From contig CAXXMU010000006.1 of assembly GCA_963667785.2 (NCBI GenBank), positions 160,001 to 224,000 on the forward strand: a stretch of 64,000 bases of DNA, given 5' to 3'. Shown one piece after another: positions 57,669 to 64,000 of the stretch (position 1 is its first letter; each line of letters starts with the position of its first letter). Made by a program: the position numbers and the translations under genes. Origin of the DNA: Alphaproteobacteria bacterium. Lineage in GTDB: Bacteria > Pseudomonadota > Alphaproteobacteria > UBA828. The notes below the pieces were generated by a model. The model saw nothing but the letters and a program-made list of their open reading frames with translations. It had not been told where the DNA came from and ran no database searches.

Positions 57669-58916
57669 TCGCCGCTCGATCGCGAAGAGGCGGGCGGTGA
57701 CGACGAGGCCGATCGCCGGGCAGATCAGCATGCACCACCAGGCGGCCTCCCAGCTTCCGAGGCCGCCGACCACCACGGCCATCAGCGGCGGCCCGAGCAG
57801 CATGCCGATCGCCGCCCCCTGCGCCATGAAGCCGTTGGCCATCGTCACGAGATCGGGCTTGGGCGCATGCACGGCCGCGCCGGCGTAGGCGGCTGCAGGC
57901 AGGATGCCGCTGCCGGCGCTGAAGACGATCGCGAGCGGGATCTTCGCGCCGTCGGGCACGAAGCCCGCGAGGATCAGCACGCCGGTGACGGCCATGATGA
58001 CGTTCGCCGACCCCACCAGAGCGAAGCGCGGCACCCCTCGGTGCATCAGCCAGCCGCCGATCAGGTTGCCGAGGACGTTCACCCCCACCACCAGCGCCGA
58101 GAAGAGCGCGGCGCCGATGAGCCCACGGCCCTGGGTCTCGGTCAGGAAGGTCGGCAGCCACGCGGCCACCGCAAACCATTGAATCGTGAAGAGCAGGAAG
58201 GCACCGCCGTAAAGCCAGAGCGCGCCGACCGGCAGCGTCGCCCGCGCGCCGGCCCAGTCGAAGCGCGCGTCCGCGTCCCGGCGCGGCTGCTCGGGCCAGC
58301 GCCGCCGCGTGGTGCCGACCACCGCGAGCACCGTCGCGATCAGCGCCGCGCCGGCCATGAGCCACCAGAGAGCGCGCCAGCCCAGCGGTTCGGCGATGAA
58401 GGGCGCCACGATCATGGCGAGCGCCATCCCGCCCGGCATGTAGCCGCTCCAGATGCCGAGCGTGAGGTTCCGGTCCTCGGGCCGCGAGGCGTCGACCGTG
58501 ATCTTGGGCGCGGAGGCCACGATGGCCGCGAAGCTGATCCCCTCGAAGACGCGGACCGCAAGCAGCATGGTGGCGCCGGTCGCGAGCGCGCCGGCGATAC
58601 CGCTCAGGACGAGAACGAGAACGCCCGTCAGCAGGAGGGCGCGGGCGCCGATGCGCCCGCCGGTCATCCCCGTCAGCACGCCGAAGCCCGCGCCATAGGC
58701 GAAGAAGATCGAGGCGAGCCAGCCGGCGGTGATCTTGTCGAGTCCGAACTCGTCGGACACCAGCCCGATGGTCGGCGGCACCTTGCCGACCGCGTAGCCC
58801 ACGATGACGCTCACGAAGATCGCGACGACGACGACGCTCCAGCGGGTGCGCACCGCCGTGGCGGCCGCTTCGTTCTCAGGCGTCCCGTTCGCCCTGGCTT
58901 CGTCCACGCGGGCCAT
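57666..58916 (-). CDS. MFS transporter (CynX/NimT-like)
   Basis: 12 TM segments; GKVPP, VRVFEG, LGIWSGYMPGG, LGWRALW. Confidence 0.85.
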   Translation of the reverse strand: MARVDEARANGTPENEAAATAVRTRWSVVVVAIFVSVIVGYAVGKVPPTIGLVSDEFGLDKITAGWLASIFFAYGAGFGVLTGMTGGRIGARALLLTGVLVLVLSGIAGALATGATMLLAVRVFEGISFAAIVASAPKITVDASRPEDRNLTLGIWSGYMPGGMALAMIVAPFIAEPLGWRALWWLMAGAALIATVLAVVGTTRRRWPEQPRRDADARFDWAGARATLPVGALWLYGGAFLLFTIQWFAVAAWLPTFLTETQGRGLIGAALFSALVVGVNVLGNLIGGWLMHRGVPRFALVGSANVIMAVTGVLILAGFVPDGAKIPLAIVFSAGSGILPAAAYAGAAVHAPKPDLVTMANGFMAQGAAIGMLLGPPLMAVVVGGLGSWEAAWWCMLICPAIGLVVTARLFAIERR

Positions 58917-58929
58917 GCGGCTCAGGGGG

Positions 58930-59325
58930 CTAACGCCAGGGCCCGCAGGCAGACAGCGCCTGGGTGTCCTCGTAGGCGTCCCAGACGGCGATCCCGCCGT
59001 CCCGCACGGTGAAGACCCAGCACCACTTCGCGCGGTAGTGCTTGCCGCTGAGCTTCGACGAGCCCGCCTCCTCGCCGTTGACGGAAACGGTGTCGCCGTC
59101 GACGACCCAGGTCTTGATGACGTGCTCGTGCATGGCGAGCGCCGCCGGCATGACGCGGAAGTAGTCCTCGATCGCGGCCCGGCCTTGCCAGCGGCCCGCC
59201 CAGGGCAGGTCGTCGCCGCCCGGCATATCGATCACCGCGTCGTCGGTGAACATGGCCACGATGGTGGCGGCGTCCCCGCCGGCGAGCTGGTCGAGGAAGC
59301 CTCTCACGACGTCTCTCGCGGACAT
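58930..59325 (-). CDS. SnoaL/NTF2-like protein
   Basis: FTDDAV..PG..LPWAGRWQG..IEDYF, FTVRDG, YEDT. Confidence 0.8.
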   Translation of the reverse strand: MSARDVVRGFLDQLAGGDAATIVAMFTDDAVIDMPGGDDLPWAGRWQGRAAIEDYFRVMPAALAMHEHVIKTWVVDGDTVSVNGEEAGSSKLSGKHYRAKWCWVFTVRDGGIAVWDAYEDTQALSACGPWR

Positions 59326-59541
59326 GGCCGTCGCTCCCAGAACAGAGGCGCAGCGGCGCGCGGCCGCTGCCTCTCACGGTCATAGCACCTCGGGAGGGCG
59401 ATGGCGATGCGCCGCGCGCGCCGAAACGACTGGACGGCGCGCGGAAATGCTGGCTTGCTTCGCTCCGGCCTGCCTCGCGCCCCTCGCGGGGCGGGAGCCC
59501 GGCCAAGGCGGCTCTCACGTTGGACGAGAAGGACGGAACCC

Positions 59542-60873
59542 GTGGCCCTCAGCGACGCACGCGGCGTGCAGACATCGGCGACCGAGCCCGGCAGCCTGGC
59601 TCTCCTCGAGACGGCGATGCGCCAGTTCCAGTGCTATCGCGGCGATGCCGTCGAGACCATCGACCGGGCGCTGGCGGAAGACCCGGACTTCGTGACCGGG
59701 CACATCTTCCGCACCGCGATGCACGCCATGCTCTGGGAGAGGAGCGTGCTGCCGGAGGTCGAGGCGGGCCTCGGCCGGCTCCGCGCGCTGGAGAGCACCG
59801 CCACCGAGCGTGAGCGGGCCCATGTCGCGGCGCTCGCGGACTGGGCCGCCGGCGACTGGGACGGCATGCGGGCACGGCTGGACCGGATTCTCGCCGACGA
59901 GCCGCGCGACGCCCTGGCGCTGCAGGCCGGCCACCTCGGCGACTTCTTCCTCGGCGACCGCGACAATCTGCGCGGCCGTATCGCCCGCGCGCTGCCGGCC
60001 TGGAGCCGGGACGACCCCGGCTACGGCTTCGTGCTCGGCATGGCGGCCTTCGGGCTGGAGGAGTGCGGCGACTACGGCGCCGCGGAGGACGCCGGCCGGC
60101 AGGCGCTCGCGCTGGAGCCGGACGACTGCTGGGCCCAGCACGCGCTCTGCCACGTGATGGAGATGCAGGCCCGGCAGGAGGAAGGCATCGCCTTCATGGA
60201 AGGCCGCCGGGATCACTGGGCGCAGGAGGACAACGGCTTCGCCTTCCACAACTGGTGGCACGTCGCCCTCTTCAACCTCGACAACGACCGCTACGACCGC
60301 GTGCTGGAGATCCACGACACGGCGCTCCGGCCCGAGCCCTCGAAGATCCAGCTCGAGATGCTCGACGCCGCGGCGCTGCTCTGGCGCCTCCGCTTGCGCG
60401 GGATCGACACGGGCGACCGCTTCGAGCGCCTGGCCGCGACCTACGAGGCGTCGCCGGCGGAGCACGGCTTCTACGCCTTCAACGACATGCACGCGATGAT
60501 GGCCTACGTGGCGACCGGACGGGATCGCGCCGCCGCCCTGCTCGAGAAGGCGGCGCTGGCTGCGGCGGAGGGGGCGGGCACCAACGCCCGCATGACCCGC
60601 GAGGTGGGGCTCCCCATCCTGCGCGCGCTCCGTGCCTTCGGCGCCGGGCGCCACGGCGAGGCGGTGGACCTGCTGATGCCGGTGCGCTACCGGGCGCATG
60701 CCTTCGGCGGCAGCCACGCCCAGCGCGACATCGTCCACCGCACGCTGATCGAGGCTGCGATGCGCGACGGCCAGCGCGGCCTCTCGCAGGCGCTGGCGAA
60801 CGAGCGCATCGCGCTGAAGCCGGACTGCCCCTTCAGCCGCTCGCTCGGGGAACGCGCCGGAGCGCCGGCCTGA
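59542..60873 (+). CDS. TTC38-like tetratricopeptide-repeat protein
   Basis: AFGLEE, WAQHALCHVMEMQ, HNWWHVAL, DAAALLWRL, FNDMH, GGSHAQRD. Confidence 0.8.
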   Translation: MALSDARGVQTSATEPGSLALLETAMRQFQCYRGDAVETIDRALAEDPDFVTGHIFRTAMHAMLWERSVLPEVEAGLGRLRALESTATERERAHVAALADWAAGDWDGMRARLDRILADEPRDALALQAGHLGDFFLGDRDNLRGRIARALPAWSRDDPGYGFVLGMAAFGLEECGDYGAAEDAGRQALALEPDDCWAQHALCHVMEMQARQEEGIAFMEGRRDHWAQEDNGFAFHNWWHVALFNLDNDRYDRVLEIHDTALRPEPSKIQLEMLDAAALLWRLRLRGIDTGDRFERLAATYEASPAEHGFYAFNDMHAMMAYVATGRDRAAALLEKAALAAAEGAGTNARMTREVGLPILRALRAFGAGRHGEAVDLLMPVRYRAHAFGGSHAQRDIVHRTLIEAAMRDGQRGLSQALANERIALKPDCPFSRSLGERAGAPA

Positions 60874-60901
60874 CCGACACGCGGCGCCCGCGGCGGGCGG
60901 G

Positions 60902-61627
60902 TCAGCGCGCCTCGCCGCCCCGCGAATGGGTGAAGCGCCAGGCGTAGGCGCCGAGCGCCATGCCGACGAGGGGGCCGGCGACGTAGATCCAGTAGTGGCC
61001 GAAGTCGCCCATCGCGACATAGGGGCCGAGCGCCCGCGCCGGGTTCATGGCGGCGCCCGCGACCGGGCCCATCAGCATCACCTCGATGCCCACCACCGCG
61101 CCCACCGCGACGCCCGCGAGGGCGCCGTGCGCCCGCTTGTCGAGGCCGACGCCCGCCACCACCCACATGAGCAGGAAGGAGAGGAAGAGCTCGATGGCGA
61201 ACGCCGTCACGGGCGCGATGCCGATCGCCTCGTTGGGGAGGTTGGCGCCCATCGCGCCGTGATCGCCGAGCGCCCAGAGCAGGCACATCCCCGCCAGCAC
61301 CGAGCCGGCGAGCTGGGCCAGCGCGTAGCCGGGCACCAGCCGCCACGGGAGATGGCCGATCAGCGCAGCCGCGAGCGAGAGCGCCGGATTGACGTGGGCA
61401 CCCGAGACGTGGCCGAAGGTGTAGATGACGACGGTGATGACGAGGCCGGAGATCAGGCCGGGGCCGATGGCGCCGAGCGTGCCGCCCATCTTCGCGTCCA
61501 CCATCACTGCGCCGGCGGCGAAGAAGACGAGCGAGAAGGTGCCGATGAACTCGCACGCATAGCGGCGTAGCTCGTCGGATCGCATGCCCGGCGGCAGGCG
61601 CAGCCGTCGCGTGTCCTCTCCCGTCAT
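60902..61627 (-). CDS. MIP-family channel (aquaporin/NIP-like)
   Basis: EFIGTF, SGAHVNPA and MNPAR double NPA motifs, WIYVAGP. Confidence 0.9.
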   Translation of the reverse strand: MTGEDTRRLRLPPGMRSDELRRYACEFIGTFSLVFFAAGAVMVDAKMGGTLGAIGPGLISGLVITVVIYTFGHVSGAHVNPALSLAAALIGHLPWRLVPGYALAQLAGSVLAGMCLLWALGDHGAMGANLPNEAIGIAPVTAFAIELFLSFLLMWVVAGVGLDKRAHGALAGVAVGAVVGIEVMLMGPVAGAAMNPARALGPYVAMGDFGHYWIYVAGPLVGMALGAYAWRFTHSRGGEAR

Positions 61628-61776
61628 CGGCCCAGGATACCCCGAGCGGCGCCTCGCCGCCCGTGCCGGAGACGCCGTCTCCGCCGCGCCGCCCGCATCG
61701 TACCGGGGTTCCGTTGCCGCCGGGCGCCCCCTGCCCTACCCTGCGCCACCCCGGCAGGCAGACGCGGAGCCTGAGC

Positions 61777-62229
61777 ATGGAACGGCAGTGCGAGCAGGAA
61801 GTGCGGAGCTTCCACGCCTTCCTGCGGGACTGGCTCGCGGGCGCGGTGCCGCGCACGGCAGAGACCTTCGCCCGCTTTCCCGGCGCGATGGACGCGGGCG
61901 TCGAGGTGGTGAGCCCGCTCGGCACCGTGACCGGACGCGACGCGCTGGTGGCGGAATTCGAGGCGCTGCACGGGCAACTCGCCGGCGATGCCGAGGCCTT
62001 CGACATCTGGATCGAGAACTTTCGCTGCCGCTGGCTTCTGGGCGACCACGCGGTGGTCGTCTACGAGGAATGGCACCGGCGCCGCGGCGCGACCTCCGCC
62101 CGGCTCTCGACCGCCCTCTTCCGCCGCGACGAGGCGGCGCCGAGCGGCGTCCGCTGGCTCCACGTTCACGAGACCTGGCTGCCGGGCCTGGCGCCGGAAG
62201 GCGGCGAGCGCTTCCCGGAGACCGCCTGA
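61777..62229 (+). CDS. DUF4440/NTF2-like protein
   Basis: FHAFLRDWLAG, VYEEW, STALF, WLHVHETW; GGAG RBS. Confidence 0.7.
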   Translation: MERQCEQEVRSFHAFLRDWLAGAVPRTAETFARFPGAMDAGVEVVSPLGTVTGRDALVAEFEALHGQLAGDAEAFDIWIENFRCRWLLGDHAVVVYEEWHRRRGATSARLSTALFRRDEAAPSGVRWLHVHETWLPGLAPEGGERFPETA

Positions 62230-62253
62230 CCGCGCCCCGGATCGCGCCGCCCC

Positions 62254-63375
62254 GTGCACGCGCCGACCGCCATCGAGACCCCGACCCCGGCCGCTGCGGC
62301 AGGCCATCAGGCGATCCATACCCGCGAGCGCCAGTTCACCCGCATCTTCACCACCATGTACGGCCAGAAACAGCGCGCGCGCTCGCGGCTGCCGGTCAAG
62401 ACCCGGGCGGTGCGGATACACGCGCCCGGCGGCCCGGAGGCGCTGAGCGTCGACGACATACGGGTGCCGGACCCCGGCGCCACCGAGGCGCGGGTGTCGC
62501 AGCGGGCCATCGGCCTCAACTTCCTCGACATCCACCAGCGCAACGGCGGCTATCCGTCGCCGGGGCTGCCGTGGGTCGTCGGCTTCGAGGGCGCGGGCGT
62601 GGTGGAGGCGGTGGGCGGCGCGGTGCGGGGGCTCAGAGAGGGCGACCGCGTCGCCTATGCATGCGCACCGCCCGGCGCCTATGCGGGGCTTCGCACCATC
62701 GCGGCGGACGCGCTGGTCGCGCTGCCCGATTCCATCGGCTTCGAGCAGGCCGCCGCCGCCATGCTGAAGGGCATGACGGCCGAGTACCTGGTGCACAGGA
62801 GCTACGCCGTGCAGCCGGGGGACGGCGTCCTGGTCCAGGCGGCTGCCGGCGGCACCGGCCTCCTGCTCTGCCAGTGGCTCGCTCATCGCGGCGCCACCGT
62901 CATCGGCTGCGTCGGCGACGACGGCAAGCGCGCGCTAGCGGAGAGCCACGGCTGCCGCCACGTGATCAACTACCGGCGCGAGGATATCGTCCCGCGCGTC
63001 GCAGATCTTGCCGGCGGAGACGGCCTCGCCGCGGTCTACGACTCCGTAGGCCGCGATACCGCCGAGGCCTCCGTCGTCTGCCTTCGCCCCGGCGGCACGC
63101 TCGTCCTCTTTGGCGGCTCGTCGGGCGCGGCTCCCACCCCTGCCCTCGCCGCGGCGGCGGCGAAGTCCGTCACGGTGGTGCGCCCCGGCCTCTTCGAGGA
63201 GAACGCCACGCCGGCGGCGCTCCAGGCCAGGGCGCAGGCCCTCTTCGCGGTGCTGGAGAGCGGCGCGGTCCGCGTCCACGTCGGCGCGTGCCATGCGCTA
63301 ACGGACGCGGCGGACGCGCACCGAGCCATCGAGGCCCGGCGCACGGCCGGCCAGAGCGTGCTGATCCCGGAATAG
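62254..63375 (+). CDS. NADPH:quinone oxidoreductase (Qor, MDR family); start uncertain
   Basis: GGPEAL, AIGLNFLD, GFEGAG, LKGMTAEYL, AAAGGTG, YDSVG. Confidence 0.85.
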   Translation: MHAPTAIETPTPAAAAGHQAIHTRERQFTRIFTTMYGQKQRARSRLPVKTRAVRIHAPGGPEALSVDDIRVPDPGATEARVSQRAIGLNFLDIHQRNGGYPSPGLPWVVGFEGAGVVEAVGGAVRGLREGDRVAYACAPPGAYAGLRTIAADALVALPDSIGFEQAAAAMLKGMTAEYLVHRSYAVQPGDGVLVQAAAGGTGLLLCQWLAHRGATVIGCVGDDGKRALAESHGCRHVINYRREDIVPRVADLAGGDGLAAVYDSVGRDTAEASVVCLRPGGTLVLFGGSSGAAPTPALAAAAAKSVTVVRPGLFEENATPAALQARAQALFAVLESGAVRVHVGACHALTDAADAHRAIEARRTAGQSVLIPE

Positions 63376-63385
63376 GGCCGCGCGC

Positions 63386-64000
63386 TCAGGCGGCGTCGGC
63401 GAGCGCCTTCTCGATCGCCCGGAGTGCCTCGTCGAGACGCTCGCCGTCCGGGCCGCCGGCCTGCGCCATGTCGGCCCGGCCGCCCCCGCCCTTGCCGCCG
63501 ACCGCGGCGGCGCCGGCACGGGCGAGATCGACGGCGCTCACCCGGGCGGTGAGGTCCTCGGTGACGCCGACCGTGAGCGCGGCCTTGCCGTCGGTGCGGC
63601 TGACCACGGCATAGACGCCAGACCCCATCTGCTGCTTCAGGTCGTCGACCATGGCGCGCAGCTCCTTGGGCCGGGCGCCGTCAAGCGCGCGGCCGACGAA
63701 GGCCATGCCGGCGATCTCGCGGGCCTCCACGGCGGGGCCGCTGCCGGCGGTGGCGAGCGCCCGGCGGGTCTCTGCGAGGGTGCGCTCGAGCTTGCGGTGG
63801 TCGTCCACCAGCGCGCCGATGCGGCCCGCAAGCTCGGCCGGCGGCGCCTTGAGCACCGCCGCGGCCTCCCTGAGGGCCGCTTCGAGCCCCGTGCCGTGGC
63901 GGCGCGCCGCCTCGCCCGTCAGCGCCTCGATGCGGCGGATGCCGGCGGCGCTGGCGCTCTCGCCCACGATGCGGAAGAGCCCGATGTCGCCGGTGCGCTC
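63386..64000 (-). CDS. alaS: Alanine--tRNA ligase, C-terminal part (5' end beyond window)
   Basis: RTGDIGLFRIVGESASAAGIRRIEALTG, GGKGGGGRADMAQAGG (DHHA1). Confidence 0.93.
   Translation of the reverse strand, partial: ERTGDIGLFRIVGESASAAGIRRIEALTGEAARRHGTGLEAALREAAAVLKAPPAELAGRIGALVDDHRKLERTLAETRRALATAGSGPAVEAREIAGMAFVGRALDGARPKELRAMVDDLKQQMGSGVYAVVSRTDGKAALTVGVTEDLTARVSAVDLARAGAAAVGGKGGGGRADMAQAGGPDGERLDEALRAIEKALADAA

Overview
High-GC alphaproteobacterial chromosomal segment (Rhodospirillales-like gene content; taxon is an inference). The backbone carries gpt, proC, ilvE, an OmpR/EnvZ-type two-component pair, moaE-moaD-moeA-mobB-pgsA-uvrC, ycaQ, typA, a ROSE/RpoH-controlled Hsp20 and the 3' part of alaS. 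Five ABC uptake systems are interspersed. Two accessory blocks stand out. (1) At 24.3-28 kb, next to an IS21-like end remnant, a Tat-exported amidohydrolase (apparent ATA start), a YtkA-like MPxHxHG protein and a MauG/MbnH-type di-haem enzyme form a probable operon. (2) At 39.5-50.5 kb, bounded by an IS3 transposase scar and a phased GGGAT array, lies a probable amine-catabolic island: a trimethylamine-dehydrogenase homologue with a remodelled active site, a class III aminotransferase, a PYROXD2-like flavoprotein, a vestigial GcvT-family stub and an ABC transporter. Three families of dispersed intergenic repeats recur: REP doublets, a stop-codon-anchored RIME/MITE-like element, and a UUCG-hairpin repeat. 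MoaD has a non-canonical extension after its GG. No rRNA, tRNA or CRISPR array was seen. All family calls rest on motif recognition by eye; no searches were run.
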